Source: a virus
Direction: 5' to 3' (one strand)
IMG/VR virus record: IMGVR_UViG_3300045988_081419
Location: 22,541 to 86,540 of that record
Length of the DNA stretch: 64,000 nucleotides
Part shown: in pieces, positions 35,960 through 45,157 of the stretch
How the letters are laid out: each line of letters starts with the position of its first letter
Numbering within the stretch: position 1 is the stretch's first letter
Made by a program: the position numbers and the translations under genes
The notes under the pieces: model-generated
What the model saw: only the letters and a program-made list of their open reading frames with translations
Told to the model about the DNA's origin: nothing
The model's database searches: none

Positions 35960-36331
35960 TTATTCATCTGTGTATTCTAAAGACCCCTTGCTATTATCTA
36001 CTCCATCATAGAGTATCATATCCATAGCTTCTTGTGTTTCTTCACTTATAGTCAGCTTCATCTTTCCACAAGGAAGTTCTAAGTCAACCACTTCTTCAAT
36101 AGTATTTGGATATTCTGGACTCCACACTCTATTTAAAGCAACAAGAATATTGTAGCACCTGTCTTCTACTGAGCCACCTTTATTTTCTGCAAGAAGCATT
36201 AAAAGATTGCTTTCTTCGCTATCCCAGTCCATAGAGTGTTTATCTTGAAATTTTACATACTCCTCTGACTTGTCTTCTTTAGAACACCCACATAAGAATA
36301 GACACAGAATTAAAATACCTACTTTCTTCAT
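35960..36331 (-). CDS. Lipoprotein with SleB-like fragment
   Basis: Lipobox LFLCGC. ILVALNRVWSPEYPNTIEEVV is similar to the hydrolase at 11330-11989. Confidence 0.5.
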   Translation of the reverse strand: MKKVGILILCLFLCGCSKEDKSEEYVKFQDKHSMDWDSEESNLLMLLAENKGGSVEDRCYNILVALNRVWSPEYPNTIEEVVDLELPCGKMKLTISEETQEAMDMILYDGVDNSKGSLEYTDE

Positions 36332-36339
36332 ACCTACCT

Positions 36340-37281
36340 CTAATGTTTGTTGTTATAAAGACTGTAAAGGCTACTCCAATCCTCACAAATTCTTTCCATA
36401 ACTTTCTTCTCTTGTGCAACTCTTTCTTTTATGGAATCCATAATCTCTTCATTTGCATAAATGGAGACTTCATCATCAATGAGTTTTCTGATAACCTTTG
36501 GTTCTAAAGCGTCAAGTTCCCAACTTTCATCACCATAGTTTTCCATGTAGCTTTTACATCTAGTATCAGTAATCTTAGCCGGGTTAGGAGGTGGGTTGAA
36601 AAGTTTAATCTGGTCCATGTTAAGAGCAATTCTACTAAGACCCAAAAACTTATCAGAGAAAAGACCATAATCATGTGTTCCAAACATAGTAAGTCTTTCT
36701 TCAATATCCCTACTCATATCAATACCACTAGGGTCATGGTCTCCTAAATGGATAATTTTACAATACTTACCCTGTTTAGCATAATCTATGAGTCTTTGTG
36801 AAGCCTGCCACATTTCACTCTGAGACACATAACCTCTACAACAGAAAAAAGGAATATCCCAAGGAATACACGCTCTTTCAACTACTTCTGCAAGTGCTTC
36901 TTTTTCCACCCACACTTCAAGGTGGTAATCTTGTGTAGCCCATAAGTCTTTCTTATACTGACTTGAAGCACTCTTAATAATCTCCTCTGGACTTTCCCAA
37001 TGTGACAATCTCTTTAAATTTCTGGTTCTGTCTTCAAGAGAACTCCAATCAATCAGTCCTGCTAAACGAGCGTCATTGATAAGAACACCAGTATTCTTAT
37101 AGCTTCTCTGGGAGTTCTCAATAATACCTCTTGCTACTAACTGATAGTAAAGCTGACGGAGGGTAAGAGTGTACCCCTGCTCCATGTACTCTTCAACTAC
37201 TGTGTTTATGTGGTCTATAAGTTCTAATTTCTCGTCCTTAAAATTCTTATATTGATAACATATACAAGGCATATTAAACAC
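36340..37281 (-). CDS. Spo11/Topo VI-A-like protein (stand-alone 5Y-CAP + Toprim, Topo mini-A type)
   Basis: LTLRQLYYQLV (candidate catalytic Tyr in a winged helix), VWVEKEALAEV (Toprim Glu) and HLGDHDPSGIDM (DxDxxG). No B subunit nearby. Confidence 0.55.
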   Translation of the reverse strand: MFNMPCICYQYKNFKDEKLELIDHINTVVEEYMEQGYTLTLRQLYYQLVARGIIENSQRSYKNTGVLINDARLAGLIDWSSLEDRTRNLKRLSHWESPEEIIKSASSQYKKDLWATQDYHLEVWVEKEALAEVVERACIPWDIPFFCCRGYVSQSEMWQASQRLIDYAKQGKYCKIIHLGDHDPSGIDMSRDIEERLTMFGTHDYGLFSDKFLGLSRIALNMDQIKLFNPPPNPAKITDTRCKSYMENYGDESWELDALEPKVIRKLIDDEVSIYANEEIMDSIKERVAQEKKVMERICEDWSSLYSLYNNKH

Positions 37282-37284
37282 CTC

Positions 37285-37911
37285 CTACTTAATCATGGTA
37301 GTATCTAAAATAACATAGTTTGCCCGGTGGATATAAAGTGCTTTTCCATCTACAACCAATTTCGTCATCTTAGGTAGGTCATCTGGAATTTCATAATATA
37401 CTTCATCACCGCCATACACCGCAATAGGAACACCAAGCTGAGAAGAAATAACAACTACTTTAGGTGTACCAATCATATTCTTAATAGAGTTGATATTTCT
37501 GTCCAAAAGGTTAAATGTACCACCAGAAGTCTCAATGTCCGTAGGAAGTTCAAAATCGGTAATTTTGTTAAGACCCTTTTCTGCATAGATAACAGTGTTT
37601 CCTACTTGCTCCATATTACTTCCGTCAATCGTATTAGTGGTAACAGAAGACATTTCGTATGTAGTAGACCATGTTCCATCAGAGTCAACACTCTTTACTT
37701 TCACCACATTTGCGTCTACTTGAACTTTATCGCCGGAAATATTAAGTGTATTATTTCCAAAGTTATCATAGATAGAAATGTCAAAGCTGTTACCAATTAA
37801 CTCACCCTTAATGTCTTTAATCTTACTGTCTAAATAAGAACAGCCAGTCAAAGAAGTAACACCTAACATAAACACTAACACTAAACACAACACTTTCTTA
37901 TTTCTCTTCAT
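37285..37911 (-). CDS. Lipoprotein
   Basis: MKRNKKVLCLVLVFMLGVTSLTGCS lipobox. Confidence 0.55.
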   Translation of the reverse strand: MKRNKKVLCLVLVFMLGVTSLTGCSYLDSKIKDIKGELIGNSFDISIYDNFGNNTLNISGDKVQVDANVVKVKSVDSDGTWSTTYEMSSVTTNTIDGSNMEQVGNTVIYAEKGLNKITDFELPTDIETSGGTFNLLDRNINSIKNMIGTPKVVVISSQLGVPIAVYGGDEVYYEIPDDLPKMTKLVVDGKALYIHRANYVILDTTMIK

Positions 37912-38236
37912 CTTTCCAACCTCCGTTTGCAATGTAATCGTTAATATCAATTTGAAGATTATTTAATCTATGGTACATAGTAACTGTATCTTCGTTAAGG
38001 TCTTCATTTCTTTCCATGTAGTGAAGTACATGGTCTAAGTACCACCTTGCTTTGCTTACATCTTCTTTTCCATTTTTGTTTTTGTACCTCCACAAATATT
38101 TAAAAGCATTGCAAAGACAAAAATCTGCTACTGCTTGTTTCCCCATTGTTACTTCCATACACTGAATACACTCTAAGGAAGTAGACCCCTCATAATGAGA
38201 GGGGTGGTTTACGTTATCTACTTTACCCAATTTCAA
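37898..38236 (-). CDS. DUF3310 family protein
   Basis: NHPSHY ... AFKYLWRYKNKNG ... KARWYL. Confidence 0.6.
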   Translation of the reverse strand: MKLGKVDNVNHPSHYEGSTSLECIQCMEVTMGKQAVADFCLCNAFKYLWRYKNKNGKEDVSKARWYLDHVLHYMERNEDLNEDTVTMYHRLNNLQIDINDYIANGGWKDEEK

Positions 38237-38585
38237 ACACCTCTTCCATAGTCTTATACATTTTCTTCAAGAACTTTTTATTAAAAGTAGTATCAAGAAT
38301 CTTTCTACCTCCATCACAAAAGACCAACAATTCATACTCATTGTCTTTAATGCACTGGAAACGCAAAACTCCTGTACTCATATTTCCATCAAGGTCTACT
38401 CTTATTTTAATCTCTGGAATACTACCAACAGTCTTAAAAGCTGATACTACTTCTTTCGCCTTTTTACTGGAAATTCTAAAGGTGTATGTATTCTTGCCAC
38501 TTACAACAAACAGACACACTCTAGGACTAACCTTTTCAACTGTCAGCTTCATTCTGTCCTTTAATCTAAATGTAAACTTGTTCAT
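38223..38585 (-). CDS. Hypothetical protein
   Basis: 120-aa ORF. Confidence 0.5.
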   Translation of the reverse strand: MNKFTFRLKDRMKLTVEKVSPRVCLFVVSGKNTYTFRISSKKAKEVVSAFKTVGSIPEIKIRVDLDGNMSTGVLRFQCIKDNEYELLVFCDGGRKILDTTFNKKFLKKMYKTMEEVFEIG

Positions 38586-39619
38586 TACTTAATTCTCCCC
38601 TCTGATAACTCTTTCAACTCTTCATACCAAGGACACATGATTTCTTTCATCTGAGGGTGAGCCGGACCAGTAACATCTTTTGCTCTAAGGTCAACAATGT
38701 GTTGCCACTCTTTCTCATTGCAGGTCATAACAATTTCCGTCTTTAAAGAGTTAGGAAGTACTGTTCTTGCTTCTTGTGGGGTAGCACCATAACTTAAAAG
38801 TTCCATGTACTTTCTCTCGGCAACTTCGCATGAATACTTCCATGCTTCAAACACAAGACTATTAGACTGCTCTCCCATTCCAGTGTCAAAGAAAAATGGA
38901 AGAATAACTGTAATCTCTTCTTCAAATTTACCTTTAGAATAGTTACAGTATCTTGTACTCTCCTGTGCAAAACTGCAAGGTCTGTGTCTTACAAGTTCAT
39001 GTGAAACACCTCTGTCACAAGTGAATAAAACAGTATGTGTTTTGTGTTTCATAAGCTCCTTATCAATATCCGAGTGTGAACAGTCATACATTTCATTGAT
39101 AAGTTCACCACAAAACTCTTCTTCTTCCACTACCTCAAAGTGTCGGGTAAGTCTGTAAGAGAGTTGTAATGGAAAAATCTCCGAGTAGGCATTTGCCACA
39201 CAAGAAAGCATTTCATCTACAAGAGCCGGAATAGGATTAGCGTTTAAATTAGATATACTATCTGCCATTTCCATAAACACTCTTAAAGGTGCTGAAATAT
39301 AAGTATTACCAAAGAAAGTAATCTCCATGTACTTTGTAAGGTCATAAGAATTACCCTTTGTTCTGCAATCGTGTATTGCATAAATATTAAGAGCATTGAT
39401 AAGGTCTTCTGATGAACCAGTGTACAAAATATGTACCCAATGATGTTCTGTCATAGCATAATGCTTTCTCTTACACAGACCTTTTACAAAAGGCACTGCA
39501 CTTTCTGGTGTCACCTTATCCTCAGATTTGTAACACAGTCTACCGATTTTCTCAATAAACTGGTAAGGTGTAAGTCCTGCTTTAGATAAGTGTTCATGTT
39601 TTGGTTTAATGATTTTCAT
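38585..39619 (-). CDS. thyX: FAD-dependent thymidylate synthase
   Basis: ThyX motif LVRHRPCSFAQESTRY. Confidence 0.8.
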   Translation of the reverse strand: MKIIKPKHEHLSKAGLTPYQFIEKIGRLCYKSEDKVTPESAVPFVKGLCKRKHYAMTEHHWVHILYTGSSEDLINALNIYAIHDCRTKGNSYDLTKYMEITFFGNTYISAPLRVFMEMADSISNLNANPIPALVDEMLSCVANAYSEIFPLQLSYRLTRHFEVVEEEEFCGELINEMYDCSHSDIDKELMKHKTHTVLFTCDRGVSHELVRHRPCSFAQESTRYCNYSKGKFEEEITVILPFFFDTGMGEQSNSLVFEAWKYSCEVAERKYMELLSYGATPQEARTVLPNSLKTEIVMTCNEKEWQHIVDLRAKDVTGPAHPQMKEIMCPWYEELKELSEGRIK

Positions 39620-39630
39620 TGATTTTCCTC

Positions 39631-39807
39631 CTATCTCTCATAAAACTGTCCGTCATTCATAACTCTGTAGGTAATAGTATCTCCACCCATTTTACCCACA
39701 ACTTCAACAAAATCTGGTGTACTGACTACATCAATCACATAATCAAGACCACCCTCATTTAAAGCAATGTCCTGTGCTTTATCAATTCTGTCATTTTCTT
39801 TACTCAT
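39631..39807 (-). CDS. Hypothetical protein (58 aa)
   Basis: Below the ORF-track cutoff. SD GGAGGT, then MSKENDRIDKAQDIALNEGGLDYVIDVVSTPDFVEVVGKMGGDTITYRVMNDGQFYER. Confidence 0.45.
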   Translation of the reverse strand: MSKENDRIDKAQDIALNEGGLDYVIDVVSTPDFVEVVGKMGGDTITYRVMNDGQFYER

Positions 39808-39865
39808 GGTTACCTCCTTAAAACATAATGTGGTTACTCTATCATAAAACTGACCTAATGTAAAA

Positions 39866-41245
39866 TCAGTTCATTATGATTAAATTCTCCTCTGCTCTTG
39901 TAACAGCTACATACATTACTTTTCTTTCTTCCTCGTCTTTCATGTATCTAGGACACTGGACCGGGAAATTTCCATACAGAAGAACATTCTTTACTTCAAG
40001 ACCTTTTGAAACATGAACTGTAAGAATCTTTACTCTGTTAGAATCCATGTGTTTCTTTAAATCTGCAAGAGACATTCCCTCTCTTTTAAATGTGGTGAAA
40101 GGTACTTCATTCTCCTCACAAATCTCCTGCATTTTAAAGAGGTCTTTATTGGTTCTTACAAGAATAAAATAGTCTCTGAAATTTCCGTCTTTCTTAATAC
40201 TGTCTAACACCACTGGAAGTGTTCTCTTAGAGAGAATCTGTACTGACCCCTCTTTATCTGAAACCTGCACAATAGATTTGTCAATTTTACTGTACACTTG
40301 ACTGATTACTGTATCAGCAATCTCCAACACTGCCTTACTGTTTCTATAATTATTCGTAAGGTAGAACACAGTAAACAGTCCGTCTTCAATCAGCTTCAAG
40401 AAGATTTTTACATTACCTCCTTTAAAGCTATAAATACTCTGCCAATCGTCTCCCACTAGGAAGTAGTTCTCAGCTTGTAATGAGTCAATAAAATTAAACT
40501 CAAGTGAACCCACATCTTGAAACTCGTCTACCAGAACGTGTTCAATCTCAGCGTTGATACTTCTAAAATAGTTCTCCGCTTTTATCAACAACTCCTCAAA
40601 AGTAATGACGTTTCTTGCCTTACATAAAGTATCAATACTTTCTGGGAACTGGGTACTTCCTGCTACTGAAATCTCATACTCAATGTCCTCCTGCTTTCTT
40701 TCTATGAGTCTTAACTCACCATTCTCACTAGGAAGAAGATAGTCATTGAGTTCTTTCTCAGAAATCTTACCCATCATTTCTTGTGTCTTCATATCCTTAT
40801 ACTCAAGGTATCTGTCAAAAGTTAAAGACTTACAGTACTTTGTGATAAGTTCCCGGTGGAAGTCATTGTCTATACTATCATCATAAATCCTATAGTTCTC
40901 GCCGGAAAGTTTCATAACTCTATTTGCAAAGGAATGTATAGTACCAATGAAAGCATCTCCAATTCCCTCTACATCATAAAGTCTTTCTTTCATTTCCTCT
41001 GCCGCCATATTTGTGAATGTGATTGCTACAATATTACAAGGTGGAACACCTTTTTCTAAAAGAAATTTAATTCTCTCAGTAAGTACTCTGGTCTTACCCG
41101 AACCTGCACCTGCAACTACTAAAATGTTGCTGTCTTGAGAATGAACAGCTAAGTCCTGCTGAGAATCTAAAGTAATAGGAGTTATATCTTTCTGTAGTGG
41201 CTTTTCATAACCCCTCTTAAACATGGATTTTCTTTTTAACTTCAA
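39866..41245 (-). CDS. UvrD/Rep-type SF1 DNA helicase
   Basis: VVAGAGSGKTRVL (motif I), LVDEFQD (motif II) and VHVSKGLE near the C-terminus. Confidence 0.8.
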   Translation of the reverse strand: MKLKRKSMFKRGYEKPLQKDITPITLDSQQDLAVHSQDSNILVVAGAGSGKTRVLTERIKFLLEKGVPPCNIVAITFTNMAAEEMKERLYDVEGIGDAFIGTIHSFANRVMKLSGENYRIYDDSIDNDFHRELITKYCKSLTFDRYLEYKDMKTQEMMGKISEKELNDYLLPSENGELRLIERKQEDIEYEISVAGSTQFPESIDTLCKARNVITFEELLIKAENYFRSINAEIEHVLVDEFQDVGSLEFNFIDSLQAENYFLVGDDWQSIYSFKGGNVKIFLKLIEDGLFTVFYLTNNYRNSKAVLEIADTVISQVYSKIDKSIVQVSDKEGSVQILSKRTLPVVLDSIKKDGNFRDYFILVRTNKDLFKMQEICEENEVPFTTFKREGMSLADLKKHMDSNRVKILTVHVSKGLEVKNVLLYGNFPVQCPRYMKDEEERKVMYVAVTRAEENLIIMN

Positions 41246-41340
41246 ACCTTTATGCTCCTTTCTTCTTTCATAAATTTATTACTTTATGATTTTATTATAT
41301 AATAAAAGACAGGACTTGTAAAATATCCTGTCTTTTACCC

Positions 41341-41892
41341 TTACTTATTCACGTTGTAGTTTCTTGTGTCATTGTTGAAATCACCAGTTCTTCTACTTAC
41401 TTCCCGGCTTATCATAAAGATTGCTTCTTCAATACTTGAGATATTCAACTCCAATAACATACACTTCTTTTTGTAGTCCATGTACTTCTCATAGAATGGA
41501 AAAATATCTGGGTCTGTGTTAAGTTCACGTTCCTTTGCCTTTTCAGACATTTTAGTTTCCGACATTTTACTGTACAAGTGCTGACTCTCTTTTAAATACT
41601 CCCTCTGTGCTTCTTCAAGATACAATTCAGCCCAACCTAAAAGAGTTCTCATGTACATTTTCTGCTGAGTAAAGGCATTAAGAAGTTCTCCTAAATCTCT
41701 CGCCGGAACTTCTGTAATATGTGCTGGAAGTGAAAGATAATCAGTGTCAATGTTCAAAGAGCCATTCTCACTAGGTTCAAAGAAATTAACACCCTTAATT
41801 TCTAAGTCTTCCTGCATAGAATCTACATAACTCTTTTTCTCTTTCAAAGCCTTTAAAGGATTTACTTTGCCCTCTATCTTCTTTAATGCCAT
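41341..41892 (-). CDS. Hypothetical protein
   Basis: 183-aa ORF. Confidence 0.5.
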   Translation of the reverse strand: MALKKIEGKVNPLKALKEKKSYVDSMQEDLEIKGVNFFEPSENGSLNIDTDYLSLPAHITEVPARDLGELLNAFTQQKMYMRTLLGWAELYLEEAQREYLKESQHLYSKMSETKMSEKAKERELNTDPDIFPFYEKYMDYKKKCMLLELNISSIEEAIFMISREVSRRTGDFNNDTRNYNVNK

Positions 41893-41898
41893 TCTCGT

Positions 41899-42762
41899 CT
41901 ACCTCCAACACTCTAATTTGAAATCGCACCAGTGACAGGTCTGACAAGACTTACTTGTACCCTCTCTAGGTGGAACTTCATCTTCCTCACAATACTCATT
42001 CAAAGCTGTGTACTCATTAAGAACACCAGTAAGGATATGTTCAGTGACAGTGTTTCTCTCCACCACATACTCTTTCAACTCTTGATTATTCTTGTTTTCA
42101 TACAGAAACACAACCTTTGACACTGGCTTTTCTGTCCTATAGAGAATGTCATCACAGATTAAATTGAGGTCTACCTCATGTTCAATCTTCTCTTCTCTTG
42201 AGAACTTTCTACCACCTTTCATGTGCTGATATTTAGACCTGTAATATTCAGCACGTTCATCCTCAGAGTTGTAGAAATCATCAAGTGTCTTATAAGTCTC
42301 CCTTAAATGGAGTCTTCTTTCCTCCGCACAAAACAGATACACAAGACCTTGCTTTTTGTGTTCCTCTTTAGCGTCTTTCAGCTTTGAGAACTGATTGTCA
42401 TTGATACTCTTAATTTCCAGAATTGCAATTTCATCATCTGCAATATCTAAGAAACCATCAGTATGACCTTGGATATTATAGTCCTCATTTAACAAAGGTA
42501 CTTCATCACAGATTAAAAGATTCATGTCCAATAAGTATGTTTGTAACCTTTCATGTGTGTATGTACCATTGTCAAAGATTCTTTGAGTTCTTGGCTCAAT
42601 ACTTCCGTCTGACTGGTATCTCTTTCTCATGTAATAATTGTGACGCATACACTGACCTGCTTGTGAGGGAGCATTTACATCTACTGCCCGGTCATTATCT
42701 GCATTTGCCTGTTTCTCTAAATAGAAGTCAAGAGGTCTAATAATATACCCCTCTTGCTTCAT
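41899..42762 (-). CDS. Cas4/RecB-like PD-(D/E)XK exonuclease
   Basis: GHTDGFLDI...LEIKS nuclease core and a C-terminal CQTCHWCDFKLEC cluster. Start moved to MKQEGY to remove the overlap with the zinc-ribbon ORF. Confidence 0.65.
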   Translation of the reverse strand: MKQEGYIIRPLDFYLEKQANADNDRAVDVNAPSQAGQCMRHNYYMRKRYQSDGSIEPRTQRIFDNGTYTHERLQTYLLDMNLLICDEVPLLNEDYNIQGHTDGFLDIADDEIAILEIKSINDNQFSKLKDAKEEHKKQGLVYLFCAEERRLHLRETYKTLDDFYNSEDERAEYYRSKYQHMKGGRKFSREEKIEHEVDLNLICDDILYRTEKPVSKVVFLYENKNNQELKEYVVERNTVTEHILTGVLNEYTALNEYCEEDEVPPREGTSKSCQTCHWCDFKLECWR

Positions 42763-42775
42763 AGAATTAAACAAA

Positions 42776-42976
42776 TTACTCAGTGACAACGAAATCACCC
42801 TCTTTCTCAATAATCTCCCCACAATTAGGACAATAGTTCCATTCACAGATTCTTGGGTCTGCACATGGAATACCTTTCTCATTTGTGTAGTGCTTAATAG
42901 GTAACTCTTTGCCACACTTACCACAGAAAAGTCTGTCTAAAATATTCGGGGCAGGTTTTACTTTCTTTACTTTCAT
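42776..42976 (-). CDS. Zinc-ribbon protein
   Basis: CGKCGK...CPNCG, 66 aa. Confidence 0.5.
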   Translation of the reverse strand: MKVKKVKPAPNILDRLFCGKCGKELPIKHYTNEKGIPCADPRICEWNYCPNCGEIIEKEGDFVVTE

Positions 42977-43456
42977 TTACAATTCCTCCTCAAAATAGTC
43001 TTTAAACTTATCAATCGTCCAACACATAAGAATGTGGTTCACCTTGTCTACTCTTTCTGCACTAAGACCAAAGAGAATAGGTAACTCTGATACTTCTTTC
43101 CATTCTCTGAGTCTGTATGTCTTAGTCACCTTTCCTCCTGCAATTACATAGGTGTTAAATTGTCGATTAAAGTCTTTCGGATTGAAAATAACATACCTTT
43201 CGGAATCTTTCAAATCTACCATAAGGAGAGGTATTCTCATACCATCTTTTACAGCTTCTTGAGAAATCTTCTCCCATACTTTTGTGGTTACTGGGTAGTA
43301 GTCCTTTTCAGTGGTCTTACACTCAATGAGAAACTTATCACTTCTCACATCACCTTTAGCACTCCATAAAGCACCACTGGCAACTACTACTTTCGCACCC
43401 ATGTCTTTCGCAACACCTTTCTCTTGCTTCTGACTACGTTTTCTTACTGTTTTCAT
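42977..43456 (-). CDS. PD-(D/E)XK nuclease (Holliday-junction-resolvase-like)
   Basis: KGDVRSDKFLIECK core. Paralogous to the 35388-35837 gene. Confidence 0.5.
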   Translation of the reverse strand: MKTVRKRSQKQEKGVAKDMGAKVVVASGALWSAKGDVRSDKFLIECKTTEKDYYPVTTKVWEKISQEAVKDGMRIPLLMVDLKDSERYVIFNPKDFNRQFNTYVIAGGKVTKTYRLREWKEVSELPILFGLSAERVDKVNHILMCWTIDKFKDYFEEEL

Positions 43457-43719
43457 AACTGTCTATTCCTCCCAGAACCTTTGAAAAGAGAATCTTCTGA
43501 CTGTCTGGAACTCTGTCTCCAATAACAGCAGAAGATATTATTCTCTTCCGTTACAAGGTCAAACTGTGTTACATTACTGTTCTGACAGACCTCTTCTTTA
43601 TCTGACATAGTTTTGTAATAGTAATCACAATTAAAACAAGACCTTGTGAACTTAGCACTTTTAAGCACCTTTTCTCTGCTCTCTTTATAACCTCTCGTGA
43701 ACTTCTTCATATTACACAC
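43453..43719 (-). CDS. Cys-rich hypothetical protein
   Basis: 88-aa ORF with CFNC...C..C. Confidence 0.45.
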   Translation of the reverse strand: MCNMKKFTRGYKESREKVLKSAKFTRSCFNCDYYYKTMSDKEEVCQNSNVTQFDLVTEENNIFCCYWRQSSRQSEDSLFKGSGRNRQL

Positions 43720-44848
43720 CTACTCTGTTATTAACTTTTGAAAGAATCTCCTCAGTGAGAGAGTTTACAATCTCTGGGTTATCCAGAATGTAGTCGATAA
43801 GTTTCTCTTTACCTTGAAACTTATTTGTCGGGTCATTCTTGAGATAGAAATAACTTCCGGCTCTCTCAATAAGTCCAAAGTCAAGTGCTTCAAGAATAAT
43901 AGACATGGTAACATCACAGAATCCTTTTTTAACACCTGCACTGTTCTCTTCCGAATACATATCAAACTCTCCACTCTTACCTGCTGGGAAAGTCTTATTC
44001 TTCTCAACTTTAAACTTCACTGTCTGACCTACTGGAACTTTATTGTCGCCTTTACCCTCTACAAGAGTATCACCTTTTCTAAACTTGATACACAAACTCT
44101 GTGCAAAGTCTTTCGCTTTTCCTCCGGGAGCGAACTCACCTCCATACAAGGAAATCTTGTCTTTCAACTGGTTGATACCAATAAGTGTAAAAGGCATTTG
44201 TCCTTGTCTTCTGAGTTTATTGTTTTTAGCTTGAAACTTGCGGAAGAACTCACCTAACAGTTTAGGCTTAATACCCATCTGCACTGTATCTTCCATGTCA
44301 CTCTCATACTCTTTTGTAGGCACAAGTGCTTCAATGGAGTCAATAACAGCCATTTTAATATCTGGGTTATCCATAGCGTCTAAAATCATCTGAGTAGTTT
44401 CTTCAAGTCCGGCACTAGGATTGTACATAAAATATTCTTCTTTGACCTCAAGCTGAGATAAATACTCACCACCATCATCAGTAGTTGTACCCTCTGCGTC
44501 ACAAAGAAGAACTGTCTTTTTAAACTTAGTCTGAAATTCTCTTATCATGTGAAGTGCCATTGTGGTTTTAAAAGAAGAGAAAGCACCTTGTACTTCTGTA
44601 TATCTTCCAATAGGAATACCACCACCTAAAGCAATATCAAGTGATGGAACATGAGTACTAAATCTGTTGATGTAATACCAATCATCTTCGTCATTCTTCT
44701 TTTTAGGGAATCCTCTCATTACTGCATTATCCCCGAATTTCTTATTGAGGTCTGCAACAATGCTGTCAAGTTTCTTGAGGTCTTTCTCTGGTGCTTTTCC
44801 CTTTACTGTGGAAGTGGTCTTTACTGCCTGTTTCTTTTTAATAGTCAT
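43712..44848 (-). CDS. RecA-family recombinase with atypical P-loop
   Basis: [30 protein letters not shown] parallels Rec[31 protein letters not shown]. The conserved Gly before Lys is Phe here. Confidence 0.65.
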   Translation of the reverse strand: MTIKKKQAVKTTSTVKGKAPEKDLKKLDSIVADLNKKFGDNAVMRGFPKKKNDEDDWYYINRFSTHVPSLDIALGGGIPIGRYTEVQGAFSSFKTTMALHMIREFQTKFKKTVLLCDAEGTTTDDGGEYLSQLEVKEEYFMYNPSAGLEETTQMILDAMDNPDIKMAVIDSIEALVPTKEYESDMEDTVQMGIKPKLLGEFFRKFQAKNNKLRRQGQMPFTLIGINQLKDKISLYGGEFAPGGKAKDFAQSLCIKFRKGDTLVEGKGDNKVPVGQTVKFKVEKNKTFPAGKSGEFDMYSEENSAGVKKGFCDVTMSIILEALDFGLIERAGSYFYLKNDPTNKFQGKEKLIDYILDNPEIVNSLTEEILSKVNNRVGV

Positions 44849-45038
44849 CTTCTTCCTCCTCTAATATACTTCTAATTTCAATATCACCCTCACGCTCAAG
44901 CTGATTCACTAATGCTCTAATAACAAACTTTGTCTGATTGTCACCATTCTTAGCAACATGAACTTTAATCCTATCTAACAAAGTTTTACTCGCCACAATA
45001 GTTGTCTGGTCTTTCTGAGGGGTTATACTTCTTGCCAT
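44838..45038 (-). CDS. Ribbon-helix-helix (CopG/Arc-like) regulator
   Basis: [35 protein letters not shown]. Start at MARSITP behind SD AAGGAGA. Confidence 0.55.
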   Translation of the reverse strand: MARSITPQKDQTTIVASKTLLDRIKVHVAKNGDNQTKFVIRALVNQLEREGDIEIRSILEEEEDDY

Positions 45039-45060
45039 TACTACTTTCTCCTTTCTCAAT

Positions 45061-45119
45061 AAATTCATACTTTTATATTAGTATGAATTTATTATAATAT
45101 AGAATACCAATAATGTCAA
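45061..45119 (-). promoter_or_regulatory. Consensus sigma-70 promoter plus 10-bp inverted-repeat operator
   Basis: Minus strand TTGACA (45119-45114), 17 nt, TATAAT (45096-45091), followed by AAATTCATAC-N10-GTATGAATTT (45090-45061). Confidence 0.65.
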
Positions 45120-45150
45120 AAGGGCAATCATCTATATAGACAACTGCCCT
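45117..45150 (-). terminator. Rho-independent terminator after dut
   Basis: Minus strand AGGGCA-(18 nt)-TGCCCT followed by UUUU, which overlaps the -35 box. Confidence 0.5.
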
Positions 45151-45157
45151 CTTATTA

